This document shows positions 19,730 to 29,338 of a stretch of 32,000 bases of DNA, in pieces (position 1 is the first letter of the stretch; the number at the start of each line of letters is the position of its first letter). The stretch is from positions 840,001-872,000 of the forward strand of contig OZ246420.1 of the NCBI GenBank assembly GCA_965231145.1, read 5' to 3'. This DNA comes from Candidatus Saccharimonadota bacterium (GTDB taxonomy: Bacteria > Patescibacteriota > Gracilibacteria > Absconditabacterales > Absconditicoccaceae). The notes beneath the pieces are model-generated. The model was not told where the DNA came from. It did not search any database and saw nothing but the letters and a program-made list of their open reading frames with translations. The translations under genes and the position numbers were made by a program.

Positions 19730-22624
19730 ATGAGTAAAAATATGCCATTGTCGGCATGAGTTAGCCACAATAGAGAGTCAACCAAAGTTGATAAGATTTG
19801 AACGTATCTTGATCAGTTATTTGACCCTCAGCAAGAACCAAATGGAATTTTCCTCTATGATTGGGAAAATTCACATACCGGAGAAAGCGGTGCTGCCCTT
19901 TTTTCACATGTTGCACACTCCCCTGCATATAAAGCGTTTACGGACAAAGAAGTTGAACTATTTATACTCAATAAACATGCTATCATTGCTGCCTTCACTC
20001 ATAAGAACGTAAATAATATCGTCGACATGGGACCAGGTAATGGACACAAGAGTGCAAAAGTATTAGGAGAGACTCTCTGAGAAAAGCTTCAGGGAAAGAC
20101 CTATATCCCTGTTGATATCAGTCCTTACTTCACTCAGCATGCGTCTCATGAAGTACAGCATCATTTACATTCAACATACCATAGCACTCGCATAAAATCT
20201 GCAGGATTAGCGATAAATTTTCTTGAATCGAATGCTGCGCTGAAGGACTTAAAAGATAAGATGTATTTTTTTCTTGGATGAAGTATCTGAAACTTTTCTG
20301 ACGAACAGATAGTACAAATCCTTAAAAATATGGCATCCGATGGTGGCAAAAAAAACAATATCATTTTCTCATATTTCACCGCTCCCGATAAAAATGCTGA
20401 AGATTATGAACAACAAATTCAAAAGATGTCCGCAACCTATGGCGATCCTGATCATCATAATCCGTACTACGACCAAGAAACTCACGACGCTATCAAAGCA
20501 TGGATCATGGGATGATTTGATTCTCTTGGTATCGACACAAGCAAACTAGAATTTTTCGTTCGTTACGATGAAGCACATACCAAAATAGTACTCTGAGCCA
20601 AGATAAAGGAAGATATCACCGTGAAGCACCATGGAAAGCTTTATGCAAAAGAAGCATGAGATGAACTTTTGGCAATCCAATCAAAAAGATTTACACGTAG
20701 TAAAATATACAACCTTGCCGATCTGGCTAAGACAAAAGTGAAACAGATCGATGATCATGCGTGAATAGGCATGAGTATCATGGAATCAGATCGGACACCT
20801 GAGGCGAAAGAAAGAAGAGAAAACAAAAAGAAATGGTGAATAAGAGGCGCTATTGCAACCACCTTACTAGCCGGAGCTATTAAGTGAGGCATGGTGTATG
20901 AAAAGACTAAACAAGATAAAAACATGAAAGAGAATCTTGAGAATGTTTTACACAATAAGCTTGAACCCAAGCAGTACAACAGCGGTTATTACACAAATCT
21001 TAATGACGAGGCAAAGAGAAACTTATTTACTAAAAAAGCTCACGAGTTCTTTGAGGTTTTATACGAAAGATATGATCTAAGTGATTTTTCTGAAGCAAAA
21101 CAAGAGTTTATAAAAACTCTTCTATTTCAATGGTTAATAAACCAAAACGAATCAACTATCAATATTACAACTATTTCAGCATGACAGTGAATTGCATGAT
21201 ATCCAAATCACACGTATGAAAAGACATCTGAGCTTATAGAAGTATTTATAGATGAAAATAGTTATACGCTTACTGCAAATGATGTAACATTACATTTGCA
21301 TAGCAAACTTGCTTCACAAGAAAAAGCATTAAAAAACACACTAGAAAGCAAAGAGAACTTTTCTATTCGTCAGCGAAGCACATCTGCACAAGCCCGCTCT
21401 GTAAACAGCACCAGACAAAATTATGATTGGATCTGACCCTATACGACATCAAATGGAGAAAGCTATCTTGTAGGGAAATGCAAAAAGTGAGACAAAGAGT
21501 ACATAGTAGCGTGTTCTTTCTATATCCCCTGAGAAACACATGAAGAAAAACAAAAACGGGTGAAATCCTATAAAGATGGCACACTATCAACTAATTATAA
21601 CAATATAAACCTCACGACAAATAATACAAATATCTATGAAGATCTCACTATTGAAAATGGCAAGATAATTGCTGAGGACTACTACAAGAAACCTTATTTC
21701 AATAAGCTAGCAGAAAAAGTTGTTGCGACTCTTAAAAAAGATCCGCAAGCAAGTCAGTATGATATTGCAATTATTATCTCACATATGACATATAGTTCAA
21801 AAGAGTGATATGACTTTTCATGGTTAATAAATACCAAAAATAATAAAGACATCTCCGTCTTCGCTCATACCTATTTATCCCAGTTTTTCACTGCTACTAG
21901 TTCAGAATTTGATAAATCCACAGCTATACATAATATTTTTGATGTGGCGGTGAATAAATATATGACGTCTATAAAAGATAATGTATACAATGATGCTAAA
22001 GGGAAGGGCAAGCTAGAAAGTGCCATCTTCCATAGACTGTGCAGCAAGGAATTGCGTATCCAGTCTAGTATATCTATTCAGAAATGGATAAATGAGAATG
22101 AAGATATTTTTACTCCTCGAATACCGAAGAACACGTATCCTCGTATAAATCCGGAGAAAGCATCTATTCTCGACAAAGTAACGCTGTATAAAAAACAAGA
22201 TGCTGAAGATATTAAACACGATCCAGGACTCGTAAATATGAACATTTATCTGTACGAAGATCTTGAAGGAAATCAGTATGAAATAGGACTCTATAAAGGC
22301 GATCTCTACGCACGCTATATTATACCAGATTTAGAAAAATTCTATCTTGGAACAACACCTACATACATAAAACACTTAAGAGATAATATAATTGCATGAT
22401 GCAAGAAAGAATGACTAGGAGTATTTAGTCCTGAAGTTATGGAGAGAAAAAAAACGTTTCATAAAACATCATCTGAATGATTTATAGCACAAGGTGATGA
22501 GATGTATATTAAAAGCATTACCGACAAGTTATTCGCTCATAACACTGAAATAGGAAATATAGTACTCCAAGACTACTGGAAAAGAAAGAAATACTCAGTT
22601 GGCGATGGTATTGCTCCGCATTAG
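19730..22624 (+). CDS. EgtD-like SAM-dependent methyltransferase (Methyltransf_33-type) fused to a ~630-aa region of unknown function (964 aa, table 25)
   Basis: Track ORFs 20330, 20891, 21560 and 21944 share one frame. I read 19730 to TAG 22622-22624 with about 21 TGAs and no TAA/TAG. The N-terminal ~330 aa carry IVDMGPGNGHKS, YIPVDIS, FFLG-G-SI-G-NF (both marked glycines are TGA) and AIQSKRFT. A hydrophobic segment (IRGAIATTLLAGAIKGG) follows, then unassignable sequence. The start is 2 nt after the TrmB-like stop. Confidence 0.7.
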
Positions 22625-22628
22625 TATT

Positions 22629-22656
22629 AAAAACCTCTCCTGAAGGAGAGGTTTTT
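22629..22656. terminator. Bidirectional intrinsic terminator between convergent genes
   Basis: AAAA-ACCTCTCC-tgaa-GGAGAGGT-TTTT. A-tract and T-tract flank a perfect 8-bp stem. Confidence 0.8.
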
Positions 22657-22695
22657 ATCATATTATATTCGTAATTGTTCATTCGTAATTCGTCA

Positions 22696-25600
22696 TTATT
22701 TTTTGACCTTCCCCTGCTCCAAGTACACCACCTCATCCGCAAATTTCAGCAGTGTCTTATCATGTTCTATCATGAGAATAGTGTCTCATTTGTCGAGAAA
22801 CTGCTTGAGGACGAGGAGCAGTTTCTCGATATCCGAAGGATGAAGACCAACCGTTGGTTCATCGAGGAAGTAGATGGTATGTCACTTGTATTGTTTCAGA
22901 AGATGTTTGACAAGTTTGATACGTTGTGATTCACCACCAGAAAGTGTATGCGCTGGCTGCCCCATTCTGAGGTACCCAAGACCAATGTCTACCATAAGTT
23001 TGAGTTCATCCGCGATGAAGCCGATATCTTTGAATAGTTCATACGCTTGATACACATACATTTCTAGTATGTCGGCGATATTGTTTCCATGCCAATAGAT
23101 CGACAGGATCTCTGACTTGTAACGTTTTCCATGACAGAGTTCACATGGCACATAAGTATCAGGAAGGAACTGAAGCTCCACTTTCTTATAACCATATCCT
23201 TCACATGCAGGACAGGCACCCTTCGACGAGTTGAACGAGAAATGCCCAGCCTGGAAGCCCATAAATTTCGCCTGGTCTGTTCCGGCGAAAATCTTACGGA
23301 TGTTGTCGAATGTTCCGATAAACGTTCCCGGACAGCTACGTGGCGTCTTACCAATACTACTCTGATCAACGTAAAGTACATTTTCTACTTTCTCATGACC
23401 AGTCACTGTTTCCACTCCTATCGTGCTATAGAACTCCTGCAATGCGAGATTTTCCAAGTGCTCATACTCTTCACGCTTCATCACAGGTGACGCAACGATC
23501 TCACTTCGTGAGAGTCCTTTTTTCAAAAGTTGTAATCTGATATATCCTTGAACAAACTTTGTTTTCTCTTCAAAAAACTTAAACAATGTCTCAAACATAA
23601 GCGTGGTCTTACCAGCACCCGATGGTCCAGTCACGATAGTAAAGCCTCCGAGACGGAAGTTTACATCGATGTTTTGCAGATTATTCTGCGATGCTTTTTT
23701 CACCTTAATCCATTTGTCATCTGCTTTATGTTCAAACTCTACATGTATTGCTTTCTTTCATGTGATGTAATCAGCAGTGAGTGTTCATGACTTGAGAAAT
23801 TTTTCATACGGTCCTGAGAACAAAAGATGTCCTCCAAAATCTCCCGAGCCAGGTCAGATCTCCACGATCCAGTCAGATGCTTTGATAAACGCTTCATTAT
23901 GTTCTACGACGACGATCGTATTTCCCATGTCTTTCAGCGATTTAATCGCTGCAATCGTACGTTCAATCTCACGATCATCGAGTCCGATCGTCGGCTCATC
24001 GAGTACATAAATAATTCCCGTGAGTTTATTACCGAGTTGCTTCGCGAGCCTTAAACGCTGAATCTCTCCTCCGGACAATGTATCTATCTGTCTGTGCAGA
24101 TTGAGATGGCCGAGTCAGAGATTTGCGATAGTATTAATTCTATCGAGGAGAGGCGTTAAAATACGCCCGACGAGCACATCTGGCTTATCGGTCGTCTCTC
24201 TATAGAGCTGCAGTCTCTCGATCAGATCAGTGATCGTCATCCTTTGCAGATCATAGATCGTAAACATCTCCTCTGCATTTTCTTCGAAAATATTTGTTGG
24301 TTGCTTACCTGGCTTCCCCATATAGAGAAATACGTACATCGACTCTTTACGAAGTTTACTTCCATGACACTCCGGACAGAGCTGCATGTGAAACATCGCC
24401 TGAAAGTCGACGCTCAGTACTCACTTATTATATTGCGATGTAAGCACATCTTGTATACCGTTATAGTTCATACTCACATATTTCCCTCCCATTCAGAGAC
24501 GCAACAACTCTCCATCACCATCTATTACCACCTGCTGAAACCACTGCGGAAGCTTTGGCCATGGAAGGTCTTCATCGATAGAATATTTTTGTGCGAGCTT
24601 CTTCAAAATAGTTTGGCCAAGTACACTATCTTTCCATGGGATCACTGCTTTTGAAAGCACAGCTGTCGTATCGATGATACGATCCATATCTACTTGGAGT
24701 ATCTCACCCAGTCCATGACAGTGCTGACATGCACCCTCTGCTCTATTTGGTGAAAAATGCTGAGTGGTAAACTCAGGATATGAAATATCATAGTCTGGAT
24801 CATAGTTTTTATCAGTGAACCAGCGAATACTATTTGACACGGTAAACACCTCTTTATCAAGTTTTTTTGAAATATCCGTGTCGTCCTCTTGCTTTGCTTC
24901 AAGCGCTTCATAGATACCAAACTTTTTAGTAAGCGACAAAATCTTGATGATATCATCTTTCAAACGCCCAAGTTTCGCCTCCTCTATCGTCACACGGTCG
25001 AAGATACCATAGACCTGCACAGGAAAAAACTTTTCTGGAATATGCGGAGATTCAAGATAGAAATATTCGATCACGCTTGCATCAGCTACCGAATCCATGG
25101 CTTGATGCTTATGTTCTTCACGCACCTGCGCAACAATATTTACATTACTATTCAATGTTGCTAGTCACGAGTCGCTAGTCACTTTGCCTTTTTTTCATTT
25201 TTCTTTCTCTTCTTTTTCATCGGACGCAACATGTTGCGTCCCTACATTATTAGTATTATTGTTCATCAGCAATAGGTATCTCGTGAAACCCTCACCATTT
25301 TCTACCTTGAGACGGTTCTTTTTCACAAACTTCAAGAAACTCATCTCATCTTCAAATTTTCCTGCTTCTTGCACAAGATAGACTTTTTTACCATTGTATC
25401 TTTGCTTAATATCATCAACGATCTGATCAATGCTCTGTGGCTTGATCATTTTTCCTGAACCGTATGAGTAGATATCTCCGAGCTTCGCATACATGAGACG
25501 AAGGTAATCATCGATCTCGGTCAGCGTACCAACGGTCGAACGCGCGTTACCCACACGCTTGTTTTGCTCGATCGCAATAGCTGGTGAAAGGCCTTCTGTG

Positions 25601-26010
25601 TAGTCAATATCAGGCCTTTCTCATAAATTGAAAAACTGCCTCAAGTACGACGAAAGAGACTCGATATAACGATATTGTCCTTCTTTATAAATCGTATCGA
25701 ATGCGAACGAAGATTTTCCTGATCCTGATACACCGACTACTGAAATAATATTATTTTTCGGTATCGTCACATCGATATCGCGAAGATTGTGTGTCTTCAC
25801 GCCGCGGAAGACGATCTTGTCACCTGTAGGCGCATGCACTTCTGAAGTGATATGCTGTCCTGCAGCTACGACATCATCGACCTTTATGACCTCTGATTTT
25901 TTCGACTTTGCTGCTGTCTTACCAGCGATAGATTTAGCTGCTGCAGCTGGTTTCTTTTTTCCTGATCATGCTAATCTATCTGATATCTTTGGAGTGCGTG
26001 CCATGCTCAT
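22696..26010 (-). CDS. uvrA: Excinuclease ABC subunit A (1,104 aa, table 25)
   Basis: Six track fragments (22882..23703, 23854..24078, 24115..24396, 24493..25155, 25195..25554, 25621..25839) share one frame. My codon scan found about 12 TGAs and no TAA/TAG. Motifs present: Walker [10 protein letters not shown] and GPSGAGKTT, zinc modules [25 protein letters not shown] and CELCHGKRY, signature LSGGE, and [15 protein letters not shown] (TGA at 23851-23853). ATG at 26008-26010 (or 26002-26004), TAA at 22696-22698. Confidence 0.92.
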
Positions 26011-26105
26011 CTCTAATACGATAAATCGAATATTCCGTTATACCTTTCTTTTTCAAAAATACAATCAGAAACACCTATTATCTATTATTGAGAAGTTTTT
26101 TTTAT

Positions 26106-26248
26106 AAAAAAAACGGGACCATACTGAGAACAGCACAGACCCTAACTAACCCATTAAATTCACAACCGTATATGCAATACTATACGAGGCAACTCACAAA
26201 CCTCGTCGAGCCGGAGAGGCTCTCATACTGGATGTGAATATATATTGT
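26106..26248 (-). ncRNA. Candidate small non-coding RNA or transcribed leader (unclassified)
   Basis: The interval is ORF-free. It is bounded on the - strand by a promoter-like TTGTAT (26278-26283), 17-nt spacer, TAAAAT (26255-26260). At the other end is a terminator, GGGTCTGTGCTG-ttct-CAGTATGGTCCC (26114-26142), followed by G and T8. Internal hairpins are GAGCC-tctcc-GGCTC and CGAGG-N11-CCTCG. Confidence 0.25.
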
Positions 26249-26281
26249 GCTCATATTTTACTAAAAAGCAAGACTTTATAC

Positions 26282-26310
26282 AAAAGACGCCCCGGACGAT
26301 ACCGAGGCGT
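26282..26310 (-). terminator. Intrinsic terminator
   Basis: On the - strand: ACGCCTCGG-tatcgt-CCGGGGCGT followed by CTTTTG. The single non-Watson-Crick pair is G-U only on the - strand. Confidence 0.55.
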
Positions 26311-26390
26311 GTAAAACTGTACTTTTATATTGTTTTTAAACTATTTGAGTAAGCTATAGGATCTTTACAGGAAGGCAACGTAAAGACACT

Positions 26391-26693
26391 TTAGCATATA
26401 GCGGCTATATAGGATGGAATATGATATAGCATCTCTATAGTAGGCAGACTAAATGCAAATACAAGCATAAAAAAAACTCTGGCAAATACCAGAGCAGCCT
26501 CCCTCACAAGACAAGGCAACAATATGTCAAATGCTATTGCATCTCGTGTATGTGGGCGAAAGGAATGATGAGCCCTTAGAAATGATGCAATAGCGGTGGG
26601 ATTACTATACATATAATATAGTATAATGATTGTATCTATGAGCGAAGAAAAAGCAATATAAGAAATTTTCTGAAGTGTTGCCTTAGTAATCAT
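26391..26693 (-). CDS. Hypothetical small membrane protein (100 aa), weak call
   Basis: The ORF runs from ATG to TAA, and its start overlaps the upstream stop (TAATG). It is hydrophobic. However, it contains a terminator-like hairpin plus T8 on its own strand (26469-26494), which lowers confidence. Confidence 0.3.
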   Translation of the reverse strand: MITKATLQKISYIAFSSLIDTIIILYYMYSNPTAIASFLRAHHSFRPHTRDAIAFDILLPCLVREAALVFARVFFMLVFAFSLPTIEMLYHIPSYIAAIC

Positions 26694-26914
26694 TAGCGGA
26701 TGATATATTCGCTGTTATTTTTGAAATAGCAACGACTTTCTATACAAAACTCAATGATGTTATAAAAAAAGACTAAGGTGGAAACACCTCGGTCTTCATT
26801 TGCTTTACTATATAAAGGATTAACAGTATGGTAGAAGTCCCTCAAAGAAGGGAAATGAAAAGCGACTCCTACCGGTAGGCAGAGAAATGATAGTCCATTT
26901 AGTATAAAATGCAA
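26693..26914 (-). CDS. Hypothetical protein (73 aa), weak call
   Basis: The ORF starts two codons after the FtsA-like TAA and is stop/start-overlapped with the next ORF. I recognise no family. Confidence 0.35.
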   Translation of the reverse strand: MHFILNGLSFLCLPVGVAFHFPSLRDFYHTVNPLYSKANEDRGVSTLVFFYNIIEFCIESRCYFKNNSEYIIR

Positions 26915-26920
26915 TATACT

Positions 26921-27892
26921 TTATCCCGCAAAGTTAAGCATGGTAAGTACATCAATCTCATCGCTTTCCCATTGTCTTTGGAAAGTATGGAGATCACTAG
27001 TATGATGAAGCGGCACGATAAAGCCGTTGGTGTGCTTCTTATACTGTTGGTTAAATCTCTCGAGAAAATATTTATTGGAGATAAGCGAAGAAACAATGAG
27101 TAAGTCCTGCCCCGGCACCATGAACTCTTTCATCCAGCGCATAAGCGTTTCGACAAAGAAGTCTACCGACTGGATGACCAGATTTTTCGCGAACTCATTG
27201 AGTTCGATCTCTTCCGATGTTTTGAAAAAATATGGAAGCACATTGTTTTCCTTGTAAATATCTTTCAGCATACGAACTCCCAGATTAATCTTTTCGCATC
27301 TCGTGTATTTTCCGTGATTGAGTGTAATAACTTTTGCATACTCATCGAAAAGATACAGTATTTGTAACTGTGGCTTATGAAGAGTCTTTTTAAGATACCC
27401 AACTGTATAAAAACTCTGTGGATAGATTTTGATCTTCGGGGTATCGCGACCGAAGGTCGCTTTTATGAGATTGTATGTACGCTTTTGAATGAAGACGAAC
27501 GTGAGTGTTGCATGTATTGTTCAGAGTTCTCCAAGGATATATGGTTTTTCCTGCCCATTAACGTTGATGTTATCGATAAGATAGAAAAGTTTTTCGCCAC
27601 CCGCTTTATAGTGTTCTTTGATGTAACCAAGCCTTTCATTGACGATGTTTTGGATATCCCTGACGCTGATCTTTTCAGTAGAACAAAAATCAAGATCAAC
27701 GGTATAGAGATCAAATTGATCTTCATCCAGAAGCAAAACGATAGTTTCTTTCTTCTCGTGAAAACTATAGGCGTCACGAAGCATCTCCTTCATCTCACCC
27801 GTTTTATGTGATGTCTGAAATTTACCTCCATGCTTGTGGAAATATCTGTATCATCACTTATCCTCGCTTCGTCTTTCTACAAAAATATGCAT
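26921..27892 (-). CDS. Divergent actin-fold (FtsA/PilM-like) protein (up to 323 aa, table 25)
   Basis: Track ORFs 26921..27271 and 27521..27793 share a frame and join through TGA. The segment order resembles FtsA: IDNINVNGQEKPYILGEL-G-TIHATLTFVFI, then KIYPQSFYTVGYL, then ILYLFDEYAKVITLNHGKYTRCEKINLGVRMLKDIY. The start is either 27892 or 27793. Confidence 0.45.
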
Positions 27893-28071
27893 CTCACTAA
27901 CTCACTTATAAAGCTGATACAGATGACTGATACTGATACCGCAAAACAGTATCTGTATCTTGTATCAGTATCTATGTTATACGAAGAAGGTTATAAGAAT
28001 AACAAGGTTCGCATCAAGTCTAAGAAAAAAGATTGTATTCATCGGCTATTCTCCATATAAACTACTCAAAT

Positions 28072-28155
28072 GTGTAACGTTGTCTAAACATTGAGTAATA
28101 TCGTGTAATATTGATAGTAACTATGTTACACGCGAAGCTTTACACCATGTTACAC
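28072..28155. promoter_or_regulatory. Cluster of five TTACAC/GTGTAA hexamers in a divergent intergenic region
   Basis: GTGTAA occurs at 28072 and 28103. TTACAC occurs at 28126, 28140 and 28150. The cluster lies between the divergent FtsA-like and MraY/WecA-like genes. Confidence 0.3.
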
Positions 28156-28181
28156 TTTTATGTCTGTAAGTATATAAGTCG

Positions 28182-29282
28182 ATGAATAGCATGTTTCCCT
28201 ATATATGATCTGCGATCTTATGTTTCATGGTAGCTGTTTTTGGTATAGAGGTATTTACCAAGCGAAAGATCCTCGACAAGCCGGGTCCTGATGTACCAGA
28301 TCGCAAAGGAGTACCAAATATGCAAGGCATCTTCCTCATCCTTGGATTTGTTGGATCAATGCTCATTTTCTTTCCGGAGTATCTGCACCAGAAACAGTTT
28401 CTTGGACTTCTCTTTGGTGGACTTCTGATCGGAGTGGTTGAAACCATCGACACTCTCATAGGCTTGAACTATACAGGACTGAAGACAAAAGGATTAAATA
28501 AGAAAATAAGAGTGATCGTGCAAATCATCGTCGCCATGATCGCCATGTTTGTCGGCGGCATCAACATCGATACATTTATGATAGGCAATCTTACTATTAC
28601 ACTTCCGTTTATCATTGCAGCTATCATCCTCATCGTCTGGTTTGGCGGTTTCATGAATGCCATCAATCGGATTGACGGGATCAATAGTCTTTCAAGCGGT
28701 GTTTCAACGATCGGTTTTCTTACTATCTATCTCCTCTTGCAACAAGTCGTCTTTCCTTCTTATCCAGGCATGAGTCCAGACAATGCAATCACCCTGTCGA
28801 TGATTACCAATATCGCATTTGTGATGACCATCCTCGGAATCATCTATACCACCATTGAATATAAACCAATGGGAAGACTCAGAGACATAGGAACCATGTT
28901 TCTTGGCTTTACTCTCGCATATCTTGCCCTGCTCGGCGGCGCAAAGATTGGAACGATCCTCGTAGCACTTTCATTGCCTATCTTCGACGCTATCTGGGTG
29001 TTTATCAACAGGATATTTATCATGAAAAAGTCTCCTCTGAAAGGCGACTATACACATATTCATTATAGACTACTCGCGCTTGGGCGAAATCGTCATGAAA
29101 TCCGCTGGTTCGTCCGAGGACGATCGCTGTTCTTCATGACTATTATCCTCCTCCAGTGAACAGACAGAACAGCAAAAATCATCATCTTCGTCATGATGGC
29201 CCTCATCTTCTTCGGCGTGAATATCTACTTGTTCTGGGTAAAGAAGATGCCGATGGAATACCGCATTGAAAATAAAAAATAA
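28182..29282 (+). CDS. MraY/WecA-family polyprenyl-phosphate sugar-phosphate transferase (366 aa, table 25)
   Basis: Polytopic membrane protein with ILDKPGPDVPDRKGVPNMQG and the family motif NAINRIDGINSLSSG. The TGA at 29157-29159 reads through to TAA 29280-29282, adding a final TM helix. An upstream in-frame TGA (28206) allows a start at 28182, which adds the expected first TM helix. Confidence 0.85.
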
Positions 29283-29338
29283 GAAACCATAAATAAAAGA
29301 TATTTCTTATCTCTTAGCTCTTATTTTTTATTTGTTTT

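Noticed and set aside
22882-25839. uvrA appears as six consecutive fragments, suggesting a decayed pseudogene. The kinase, regulator, TrmB-like, SbcC-like and giant genes show the same picture.
   Set aside because: All fragments of each gene are in a single frame, and every interruption I checked is TGA and never TAA/TAG. The TGAs coincide with conserved glycines and the flanking sequence stays conserved. This is codon reassignment, not decay.
26093-26113. An uninterrupted T run meeting an uninterrupted A run (a T8-A-T-A8-type near-palindrome) as a possible replication origin or recombination site.
   Set aside because: The A8/T8 tract is fully explained as the U-tract of the - strand terminator at 26114-26142. 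No DnaA-box-like repeats or other origin features are nearby.
26106-26248. Assigning the candidate sRNA to SRP (4.5S) RNA, tmRNA, RNase P RNA or 6S RNA.
   Set aside because: None of the conserved motifs I know is present: the SRP helix-8 GGAA/AGCA loop context, the tmRNA tRNA-like 3' end, or the RNase P GAGGAAAGUCC. It is left unclassified.
28199-28684. Minus-strand ORFs 28199..28459 and 28469..28684 opposite the MraY/WecA-like gene.
   Set aside because: They are antisense to a polytopic transferase with the NAxNxxDGxDGL-type motif, and have no supporting signals.
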